Shown here: one piece after another, positions 25,948 through 32,981 of the stretch
Position numbering within the stretch: position 1 is the stretch's first letter
Layout of the letters: each line of letters begins with the position of its first letter
NCBI GenBank assembly: GCA_964398115.1
Contig: CAYNLP010000001.1
Span: 37,590 to 87,098 of the forward strand
From: an uncultured Methanosarcinales archaeon
GTDB taxonomy: Archaea > Nanobdellota > Nanobdellia > Woesearchaeales > CAYNLP01
Reading direction: 5' to 3'
Length of the DNA stretch: 49,509 nucleotides
Program-made: the position numbers and the translations under genes
The notes under the pieces: model-generated
What the model was told of the DNA's origin: nothing
The model's database searches: none
The model's input: the letters and a program-made list of their open reading frames with translations, nothing else

Positions 25948-26499
25948 TCACTCTCTAAAAGTTTCGGCTTCAAATTTAAACACTTTATTCCTTTTCTCTT
26001 TCCAACCGTTAAAGCTAAGACCTGCTTTTTGAGCCAAGCTATTCAACAACTGCATAGGAGTGTACTCATTTGCTTCTCCAGGTAATATGATAGCGCGACC
26101 CGCTCCTTCTAAGTAAAGCCCAAAGTTTTCTCCTTTAAGCTGATCAGTATACTTTTCTGGATTTCCCCTTAACATTTCAGGATTCTGAAGCACAGAAATT
26201 TCAAACTCTACATTTTCTAACTCATTTTCTTGAACGCTTGTTCTAGGAGATTTCAAAGCCGCTCTCCGAGCCACTTCAACAACGGTTTTATACAAAGCCT
26301 GTTGAGGATTAACTTCCCAAGCACGCCCCTTGATATGACGATTTTTAATAACCTTAACCACGACGCCTTTTTCATCTGTCAAATGCTCTACACTACTAAC
26401 ATCAGGTTCTCCATCGGAATAAGAAGTTTCTACAGCGTTTCTTGCAAGTTCTAACAAGTGAACTTTATCAACTTCGTTCATATATTTTAGAAAAGACAC
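25948..26499 (-). CDS. AMMECR1-fold protein, divergent (hallmark Cys motif absent)
   Basis: Collinear with my recollection of archaeal AMMECR1 (recalled, not aligned to a database): LLELARNAVE, VEFEISVLQNPE, GLYLEGAGRAIILPGEA, QKAGLSFNGW, KVFKFEAETF. IKGRAWE replaces LRGCIG and SPRT replaces DPRF. Confidence 0.6.
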   Translation of the reverse strand: MSFLKYMNEVDKVHLLELARNAVETSYSDGEPDVSSVEHLTDEKGVVVKVIKNRHIKGRAWEVNPQQALYKTVVEVARRAALKSPRTSVQENELENVEFEISVLQNPEMLRGNPEKYTDQLKGENFGLYLEGAGRAIILPGEANEYTPMQLLNSLAQKAGLSFNGWKEKRNKVFKFEAETFRE

Positions 26500-26514
26500 G
26501 ATTTTATATAAATC

Positions 26515-26790
26515 TTACATGGCTTTCTTGAAACTTTTCAAGAAATCATCGTTTTTGTCTTCAATTCTTTCAACCGCGTCGCTGATAACTTCTGCCACGT
26601 CGTTACCCCTCTTTACTTGAACTACCAGTCTTGGTTCTCCAACGAGCGGATGGTCGACGTTGTAAGCAGAACTTTTAACGGCATCATCATTCCACAATTC
26701 TTTCTTTAATACATTACAGAAAGTGTGGTCCGCACCTTCAATGTCCATCACAACTCGGTTTTTCGTCCTTTCTTCAACTTTTATCTCCAT
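26515..26790 (-). CDS. rpoL: DNA-directed RNA polymerase subunit L (Rpo11)
   Basis: 91 aa. GADHTFCNVLKKEL...AYNVDHPLVGEPRLVVQV matches the RpoL/Rpb11 pattern. Confidence 0.85.
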   Translation of the reverse strand: MEIKVEERTKNRVVMDIEGADHTFCNVLKKELWNDDAVKSSAYNVDHPLVGEPRLVVQVKRGNDVAEVISDAVERIEDKNDDFLKSFKKAM

Positions 26791-26877
26791 ATTTAAGCCG
26801 GAAAAGAGAGTTATTTAAATACTTTATGGGTTTTTTCAATCAAAGCTTATTTATAACCCATCGTCTTTAAGTCGTGT

Positions 26878-27225
26878 ATGACGTTTCATCCAGGACGTGT
26901 TTTGAAAACTATACATCCTGACGACAAGGATGTTGAGAGTAGTGATGAAAGCGCGCAAGCCACTGTACAGATGTGGGATGGTAACTTATTCACATTTCTA
27001 ATAAAAGAAGAAATCCAGGATAAAGTAAATGAAGGAAGTATAGTCTTAGTTGACTATCGACCTATTGGAGAGGGTAAAATGCCTGTGGCGAATCAAAAAA
27101 TTGTGAAAGTGTTACAAGGACAACTAGCTCAAGAAGTGTGGAAGAGATATCAAGACTTCCAAGATAACCGACAGCAAAACAGTTCTCAAACTAGTCCTAT
27201 ACAGCAACCTAGCTATATGGGTTAA
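26878..27225 (+). CDS. Hypothetical protein
   Basis: 115-aa ORF with an ATG start. No motif recognised. Confidence 0.5.
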   Translation: MTFHPGRVLKTIHPDDKDVESSDESAQATVQMWDGNLFTFLIKEEIQDKVNEGSIVLVDYRPIGEGKMPVANQKIVKVLQGQLAQEVWKRYQDFQDNRQQNSSQTSPIQQPSYMG

Positions 27226-27638
27226 ATATTTATTTCTGCCTTGTCACCAACACTAACGTTTTCTGCTTGGCCCGCATTTACTTCTAAAACGTATTTAGCT
27301 TTTACACCAGGGTTGTAACTCTTGCAAGGTTCTTCCTTACAAGGTGTCGCGTTCCTTTCCACGTATACCACACTCCCATCTTTTTCCATCCATATCATGT
27401 CTAGATTGATATATGTGTTTTTCATCCAAAAACTGTATACGTCGCTTTGATTAAATACGAAAATCATTCCTTCATCTTCCGGCATTTCTTCTAAGAACAT
27501 CAAGCCTTGAGTTCTTTCCTGAGGTTCATCCGCTACTCGGACGTCGAAGCATTTGCTTTCAAAACAGACTTGATCTGTTGTGTTTGTCGCTTGACATCCT
27601 GCGAGCACGAGTAAAGCTAGTACTAAAACTTTCTTCAT
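27222..27638 (-). CDS. DUF192 (COG1430) protein with lipobox signal
   Basis: MKKVLVLALLVLAGCQ signal. GLMFLEEMPEDEGMIFVF...FWMKNTYINLDMIW is typical of DUF192. ATG 27638 is preferred over TTG 27653. Confidence 0.75.
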   Translation of the reverse strand: MKKVLVLALLVLAGCQATNTTDQVCFESKCFDVRVADEPQERTQGLMFLEEMPEDEGMIFVFNQSDVYSFWMKNTYINLDMIWMEKDGSVVYVERNATPCKEEPCKSYNPGVKAKYVLEVNAGQAENVSVGDKAEINI

Positions 27639-27658
27639 ACTTGTTGTAAACAATCACC

Positions 27659-27666
27659 TTTATATA
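27659..27666. promoter_or_regulatory. Shared TATA-like element in a 53-nt divergent spacer
   Basis: TTTATATA lies 21-28 nt from the minus-strand ATG (27638) and 26-33 nt from the plus-strand ATG (27692). Neither gene has an SD. Confidence 0.3.
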
Positions 27667-27691
27667 TTAGAGTTTCGGAAAAAATAATTGA

Positions 27692-28546
27692 ATGGTTTTA
27701 GAACATTTGTTCCCTGCAGACTGGTTACAGAAAAAAAGTCGGTACGGTTTTATACTAGGATTTCTGTATTCAATTATTGGAATAGCTTTGGCTAAGATTT
27801 TGTTTCCTGAAGATCCTGCTCTGGTAGCCGTAGCTTTCACATCCTTGATGCTACTCCCGGAACTGTATAAAATGTTTAGTATCGAGGAGAGGGAGGAGGG
27901 GAAAGAAGAGCAATTTTCTATCAGAGAATTGTTTAAGGATAACTTACCTTTTGTTAAATCTTATCTCATGATATTCCTAGGTATTTTACTATCTTATAGT
28001 ATTTCTTCAATGATACTGCCTTCTTTTGAAGTGAATACTTTGTTTAGAGAGCAACTTGAAGTTAGAGGTGGAAACCTGACAGGCGGCGCTGTTTTCAGTC
28101 AAGGACTTTTTGTAAGCTTATTGAAAAACAATTTTTGGGTTCTGGTTGCTTGTTTCTTTCTTAGCTTGTTTACTGGTGACGGCGCGATTTTCTTAATAAC
28201 TTGGAACGCGAGTGTTTGGGGGACTATATTTGGGGTTACTGCAAGGAATGCAGCTAGTCTCAGCGGCAGTCCTTTATACTATTTTGTTTTAATAATGATG
28301 ATAGTAACTCCTCACATGATACTGGAGGCGTTATCATATATCCTGGCAGCTATTAGCGGCGGGGTCATATCCAAAGACGTTTTATTGGAAAAGATTGACA
28401 GTGAGCGTTTTAACACCGTCTTTGTTTACAACTTTGTCCTATTCCTTGCCGCATCGCTATTCTTACTTGCAGGTGTAGCGGTGGAAACATTCGTTTTGGA
28501 GAACAGTACCAGATACGCCGAGATAGTTAGTATGAGTTACGATTAA
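27692..28546 (+). CDS. SpoIIM-like / DUF95 integral membrane protein
   Basis: Multi-TM protein, with PHMILEALSYILAAISGG typical of the stage II sporulation M-like family. Confidence 0.65.
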   Translation: MVLEHLFPADWLQKKSRYGFILGFLYSIIGIALAKILFPEDPALVAVAFTSLMLLPELYKMFSIEEREEGKEEQFSIRELFKDNLPFVKSYLMIFLGILLSYSISSMILPSFEVNTLFREQLEVRGGNLTGGAVFSQGLFVSLLKNNFWVLVACFFLSLFTGDGAIFLITWNASVWGTIFGVTARNAASLSGSPLYYFVLIMMIVTPHMILEALSYILAAISGGVISKDVLLEKIDSERFNTVFVYNFVLFLAASLFLLAGVAVETFVLENSTRYAEIVSMSYD

Positions 28547-28959
28547 AGGTTCCAAAGATCAAGGTCGGTTTCTTCATCATAACTTCTTTCTATCTTACCA
28601 GCAGGGTCGATGAAGACTTCACAAGCCGCACTCACCACTGCCTTGTTTAAATGTCCAGCTTTAGCATTATGATCATCTCCAGCCAAGTTTATATGGATGT
28701 GTACGAAAGGCTCTCCATCTTTCAAACTCACGTTACCCATCATAGGAGCTATTTCATGATCTCCTTTAAATTCTTTACTATAGTATTCTTCATCATTTGT
28801 GTCATAATAAGCTATTTCGAAATGATCAGTTGCTCCAACACCCATTATAGAAGCTCCTTCAATGTTTTGTTCTTTACAGAATTGTGTTAACGTTTCAATA
28901 ATTTCTTCGCCTTTTTCAACACTTACGATGTAACGCGCTCCTGCTTTCTTATATTCCAT
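28543..28959 (-). CDS. PPC / DUF296 domain protein
   Basis: GEEIIETLTQFCKEQNIEGASIMGVGA...PFVHIHINLAGDDHNAKAGHL matches the DUF296 pattern. Confidence 0.75.
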   Translation of the reverse strand: MEYKKAGARYIVSVEKGEEIIETLTQFCKEQNIEGASIMGVGATDHFEIAYYDTNDEEYYSKEFKGDHEIAPMMGNVSLKDGEPFVHIHINLAGDDHNAKAGHLNKAVVSAACEVFIDPAGKIERSYDEETDLDLWNL

Positions 28960-29053
28960 AATACCTATTTCTTTTTCCCTGGTATTAAAATCTTACCACT
29001 GGACATTTGTACGCGTGAGGTATAAAAGGTAAAACAAACTTTTGCTGGTAGAT

Positions 29054-29383
29054 ATGAGCGCGGAAAAATTCAGTCAAAGACATAGAAGCTGGTCGATGGA
29101 AAAAAGTCAAGAAGAACTAGCAAGGGAAGTTATGGATTCTCTTCAAAAGTGTCAAGAAAGGCTGCGTATTGAAGTAGACGGAAAGGTAATCCATGCAGAA
29201 GTCGAGCCTGAACACTTGGTTGAAGACTTACTGGCAGAATTTTTATGGAAACAATTCCCCAACTATTACGTAGTGTTAGAGTCAAGCAGAGGAACGTTTA
29301 CCTCTGGAAGAAACATCGCAGGTGTTTTGAGAATGGAAGAGGAAAGAAAAGATTTAGTAGAAAAACTTCAGCGTAGCATTTGA
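29054..29383 (+). CDS. Hypothetical protein
   Basis: First ATG of a 113-aa ORF. No motif recognised. Confidence 0.45.
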   Translation: MSAEKFSQRHRSWSMEKSQEELAREVMDSLQKCQERLRIEVDGKVIHAEVEPEHLVEDLLAEFLWKQFPNYYVVLESSRGTFTSGRNIAGVLRMEEERKDLVEKLQRSI

Positions 29384-29495
29384 ATTAGACAGATTTAATT
29401 TTTTTTCAGTAATTTTCAAACAACTATCATGATATAACTTATTCATTATCGCAATACTTAAAAAGAAGCTCTATTACTCTTGTTATTGCACATTA

Positions 29496-30035
29496 ATGTT
29501 GGGGGTGCAAAAGGTGTTTTTTGATAGTAATATCTCTGAAAAGTTAGAGAAGATGGAGGCTTCTATAAGGTCTAGTTTTGAAGCCGTTAAGAAGGAAATG
29601 GATAATCATCTGGATAGCATTAATAAGAATACTGATGAAATTCAGCACGTTTATGATTACCTTTCTGAGTTAGAAGCTAAGATGAATAAGTTATCAGAGC
29701 GTATGGAAAAAGTTGAGATGATGAATAATCCGTCTCACGCTGAACCATTGAGTTGTAACGTTAAACTTAACAGGAGAGAGCAAGAAGTTTTCATGGTTCT
29801 CTACGCCTCTGATGATAAAGTAACTACGGATGAAATTGCTAGAAAGCTTGGTTTCAGTGATGAGATGGTGATTAATTACTTGTATAACTTGATAGCTAAA
29901 GGCGTGCCTATTAGAAAAGAATGTATAGGTAACAGGATGGTTCTTTCTTTGAATAAGAAGTTTGAGAATTTACAGGCTAAGAAGAACATTTTAGATATTG
30001 AAGAGTCTGTAGCAAAAGAAGTTATGAAAGCATGA
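29496..30035 (+). CDS. Coiled-coil protein with C-terminal winged-helix DNA-binding domain
   Basis: N-terminal heptad-rich region. C-terminal REQEVFMVLYASDDKVTTDEIARKLGFSDEMVINYLYNLIAKGVPI. GTG 29514 after GGGGG is an alternative start. Confidence 0.6.
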   Translation: MLGVQKVFFDSNISEKLEKMEASIRSSFEAVKKEMDNHLDSINKNTDEIQHVYDYLSELEAKMNKLSERMEKVEMMNNPSHAEPLSCNVKLNRREQEVFMVLYASDDKVTTDEIARKLGFSDEMVINYLYNLIAKGVPIRKECIGNRMVLSLNKKFENLQAKKNILDIEESVAKEVMKA

Positions 30036-30302
30036 TTATTTCATCTTTTTAGTTAACTTCTTTATTCGATCTAGGTATTTGCCAGCTTTAGCGTGGTTTC
30101 CTCTTTTAACTTGTGAATGATACTTTCTAAGATATTTTTCAATCTTTTTAGCAGTTTTATATCCAACATCATCTCTTGAAAGGTCATTAACCTTCCTAAA
30201 CTTATCAAGTATTGCTTCAGAAAGTTCCATTAATTCTTCTCTTTCGTACAGTTCTATTAGTTGTGTCAATTGTGCTATTGTTTTTGCGGTTTTGTTTGCC
30301 AT
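30036..30302 (-). CDS. Small basic helical protein
   Basis: 88-aa K/R-rich ORF. No motif recognised. Confidence 0.45.
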   Translation of the reverse strand: MANKTAKTIAQLTQLIELYEREELMELSEAILDKFRKVNDLSRDDVGYKTAKKIEKYLRKYHSQVKRGNHAKAGKYLDRIKKLTKKMK

Positions 30303-30348
30303 AAGGGTACTTTTTCTAATAGTTAATATAAAAAAGTTGTTTTTCTAA

Positions 30349-30400
30349 AACTTTTAATCAATAACTATATATAATATTTCTATAAATTATAATAAAAAAC
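30349..30400 (+). repeat. Left copy of a 52-bp imperfect direct repeat bracketing the recombinase cassette
   Basis: AACTTTTAATCAAT (14/14), then 10 nt (6/10), then AATATTTCTA (10/10), then 18 nt (13/18). That is 43/52 identical to 32215-32266 by hand alignment, in the same register. Confidence 0.6.
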
Positions 30401-30527
30401 AGTAAATTCCTAACACAAATAATGACTATAAATAGGAAAACCAATACATAGAATAACCAATAAAAAAACACTAAAACATATATTATAACCAATAAATTTA
30501 TAAACCAAAAACATAATAAAAAATCAC

Positions 30528-30893
30528 ATGACACCAAACAAAAAAGAAAACTCAATATTGAAATTAAAAGGATTCCTTTCATTCCTCATACTACACGAAT
30601 TAAGAGGAGAAAAGCTCTGCGGCGAAGACTTAGCATTAAGAATAGGACGAAGAAAAGGATCCGTATTAACCCCTGGAACAATTTATCCAGCATTAAAAAA
30701 ACTACACAAAAAAGGCCTTGTCAAATACAGGAAAGATGGAAGAAAAAAATACTATAAATTAACCGAAAAAGGAGAAGACGAGTTAGAGTCATCTTATAAA
30801 AAATTCAGTAATTATTTCTATGGATTAAAAAATAAGATTAAGAGAGAGTGGTATGAGCCATTACCAGAGCACGAATCTTTTTATAATAATTAA
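30528..30893 (+). CDS. PadR-family winged-helix transcriptional regulator
   Basis: FLILHELRGEKLCGEDLALRI...LTPGTIYPALKKLHKKGLVKYRKDGRKKYYKLTEKGEDEL is a canonical PadR N-domain. Confidence 0.85.
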   Translation: MTPNKKENSILKLKGFLSFLILHELRGEKLCGEDLALRIGRRKGSVLTPGTIYPALKKLHKKGLVKYRKDGRKKYYKLTEKGEDELESSYKKFSNYFYGLKNKIKREWYEPLPEHESFYNN

Positions 30894-31006
30894 TCTATGA
30901 TAAAAAACTTTTATTAAAATAAATATAGTTTTTGATTAAAACTTATAATCGTAAAATAACAATGTTTATCGAAAACGTTAAATAAAGAGAAAGGAAAAAG
31001 ATAAAC

Positions 31007-31261
31007 ATGGTAAAAAATGAAGTAAAACTTTGGATCTCCACATTTTTATTCTTAGTAGCGATAGCCACAATAATAGCAATAAAACCTATGCCCAACAAAG
31101 CAGAAGTTGTAGAGCAAAACATAGCAGGACAAGCCACATGTATGGAAAGAGATAGCGGCTGGATATGTTGCTATGGACACGCTACAGATACAGCAATAAA
31201 GTTTGACGGCAACAAAGCACATATTAGACATTCACCATCAAAAGTTCAAGAAGTTTGCTAA
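31007..31261 (+). CDS. Small membrane-anchored Cys-containing protein
   Basis: TM LWISTFLFLVAIATIIAI followed by CMERDSGWICCYGH. The SD is weak. Confidence 0.4.
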   Translation: MVKNEVKLWISTFLFLVAIATIIAIKPMPNKAEVVEQNIAGQATCMERDSGWICCYGHATDTAIKFDGNKAHIRHSPSKVQEVC

Positions 31262-31342
31262 ACATCGTCAACTTTCACCAATTTCATCTATAAGGCCGGA
31301 CTTATTCAACAAAAGAAGCACTTTCTAATCAACTAAACAATA

Positions 31343-31423
31343 AACGTAATACTTTATACAAAGTATAACGTTAAACGTAACAAGATATAGCAAAAACGTA
31401 ACATTTTTAAGAAGTATTACGTT
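31343..31423. promoter_or_regulatory. Array of five ACGTAA/TTACGT-core motifs forming two imperfect palindromes, ending 10 nt before the recombinase ATG
   Basis: AACGTAATACTTTATACAAAGTATAACGTT (31343-31372) pairs at 13 of 15 positions. AACGTAACA occurs at 31374 and 31395, and an inverted TTACGTT at 31417-31423. Confidence 0.55.
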
Positions 31424-31433
31424 ATATAGTGAT

Positions 31434-32063
31434 ATGAGCAAAGAAAACAAGACACCAAAGAAAAAAGGACACGATCGCAGCCAATTTCACCTAACCGAAG
31501 ACCAAATAAAACAATTAATTAAAACAACAGAAAAACTGCGAGATAAATTAATAATTAAATTACTAGCATACTGTGGCCTAAGAAGATTCGAAGTAGCAAA
31601 AATAAAACTAGAAGATATCGACTTAGAAGATCGCAAGATCAGAATCGAAGGCAAGAAAAATATTGAAAGACTGGCAACAATATTCGCAGATAGCCTTTTA
31701 GAAGATCTAAAAATGTATATCCGCTATGTGCTGGATGGAAGAGAAAAAGGGTACCTCTTCCCGGCAAAATCCATCCTCAATGAATCAGGACACATTTCAG
31801 AAACACAAATAAATAGAATAGTCGCAAAAGCAGGAGATAGAGCTGGTTTGAAAAATCCCGTCCCAGAACTAAAAAACATTAACCCGCACCTTCTAAGACA
31901 TAGTTGTGCCCGAATATTGAAAGATAGAGGTCTTAGTTTAGAAGTAGTTCAAAAGGTATTAGGCCACCTCTCATATCAAACAACAATGGATTTGTATGGT
32001 ACAAAAAGTATTTCTGAAATGGATGAAGAGCTTCAAGAAAAAATGGGAGATGCTTTTGAGTAA
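31434..32063 (+). CDS. Tyrosine recombinase/integrase, short form (catalytic domain only)
   Basis: Arg I in LAYCGLRRFEV, HxxR in HLLRHSCA, His in VLGHLS and catalytic Tyr in TTMDLYG. It is only 209 aa and Arg I falls near residue 50, so there is no normal N-terminal core-binding domain. Confidence 0.85.
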   Translation: MSKENKTPKKKGHDRSQFHLTEDQIKQLIKTTEKLRDKLIIKLLAYCGLRRFEVAKIKLEDIDLEDRKIRIEGKKNIERLATIFADSLLEDLKMYIRYVLDGREKGYLFPAKSILNESGHISETQINRIVAKAGDRAGLKNPVPELKNINPHLLRHSCARILKDRGLSLEVVQKVLGHLSYQTTMDLYGTKSISEMDEELQEKMGDAFE

Positions 32064-32214
32064 TCCCTCTAATAGCAAGAATTTATGATTAAATATTTTT
32101 GTCATAATTTGAAATTTTTGTAAAATCCAGCAAAAAGTTTTGTTTAAAACTTGTAATCAAAAACAAAATCATTAATTAATTGTTTGCCCAATATATAGGA
32201 TATACAATAAATAT

Positions 32215-32266
32215 AACTTTTAATCAATTATAATAAATAATATTTCTAAAATCTTTAATAAAAAAT
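32215..32266 (+). repeat. Right copy of the 52-bp imperfect direct repeat
   Basis: See 30349-30400. It ends 122 nt before ATG 32388. Confidence 0.6.
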
Positions 32267-32387
32267 TAAATTTTTCAAAAAATGGTATTAGACATTATTT
32301 CTTTTCAATATAAACAAAAAATAGTTTTTCTAAATACGCGCGTTAGAAAGATTTAAATAAGAATTCAGGGGAATAAAACACTAGAAT

Positions 32388-32981
32388 ATGAAGGTTTTAC
32401 AATCGAACAGTAGATTAAAAATATTTATTCTATCTGTTATATCTACATTGTTCATCCCAAGTGTAGCAGGTGAAACAGGTCTCGATCCATTAAACAATGT
32501 TGTACGTATGATTGCTGAATTCTTCACAATACCTGCCTTAAACAATGAAGAAGTACAACTTGGCATCATAAAATTCGGAATATTCCTAATAGTTTTCGCC
32601 ATAGCCCATCTTGCACTCAGGAACGTTTGGGGAAGCGGATATGGCGGAGGAGCTAATCAAGCAAGAGCAGCCAAAGTCATAGCTTTTGTTGTAGCATTTA
32701 TTGGAAGCTTCTTCATGCCCAACGGATGGGCATTAGCACTAGGAGGAGTAATTGCAGGCCTCGTTATATTCTTACTCGTAGGTGGAGGAGCATACTATGC
32801 CACTATGAAGCTTAAAGATGACTGGCTACAAAATCTCTTCGGACTTATAATAATACTGCTCTTAATCTGGCTGACATCCACTTTTAGAGGCTACTTACAC
32901 GGAGCTAATGTTGGAGTAGGAACTGCACCAGTCTTCGTATTTGGAGCTAGGAGGTTGTTCAAATGGCTCTCTCACCAATAA
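32388..32981 (+). CDS. Polytopic membrane protein with Sec-type signal, Gly-rich loops, unknown family
   Basis: Signal IFILSVISTLFIPSVAGE followed by four or five hydrophobic helices. First gene of a four-gene operon. Confidence 0.65.
   Translation: MKVLQSNSRLKIFILSVISTLFIPSVAGETGLDPLNNVVRMIAEFFTIPALNNEEVQLGIIKFGIFLIVFAIAHLALRNVWGSGYGGGANQARAAKVIAFVVAFIGSFFMPNGWALALGGVIAGLVIFLLVGGGAYYATMKLKDDWLQNLFGLIIILLLIWLTSTFRGYLHGANVGVGTAPVFVFGARRLFKWLSHQ

Larger units (their letters stand above)
30349..32266 (+). mobile_element. Candidate 1.9-kb recombinase cassette (PadR regulator, small membrane protein, short tyrosine recombinase) bounded by direct repeats
   Basis: Direct repeats sit at both ends. 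The cassette lies in very AT-rich spacers between a minus-strand gene (30036-30302) and the 32388 operon. Confidence 0.45.

Noticed and set aside
30358-30582. 74-aa minus-strand ORF (FFYWLFYVLVFLFIV...)
   Set aside because: It lies entirely in an extremely AT-rich spacer and overlaps the PadR start. It is a composition-driven hydrophobic artefact.
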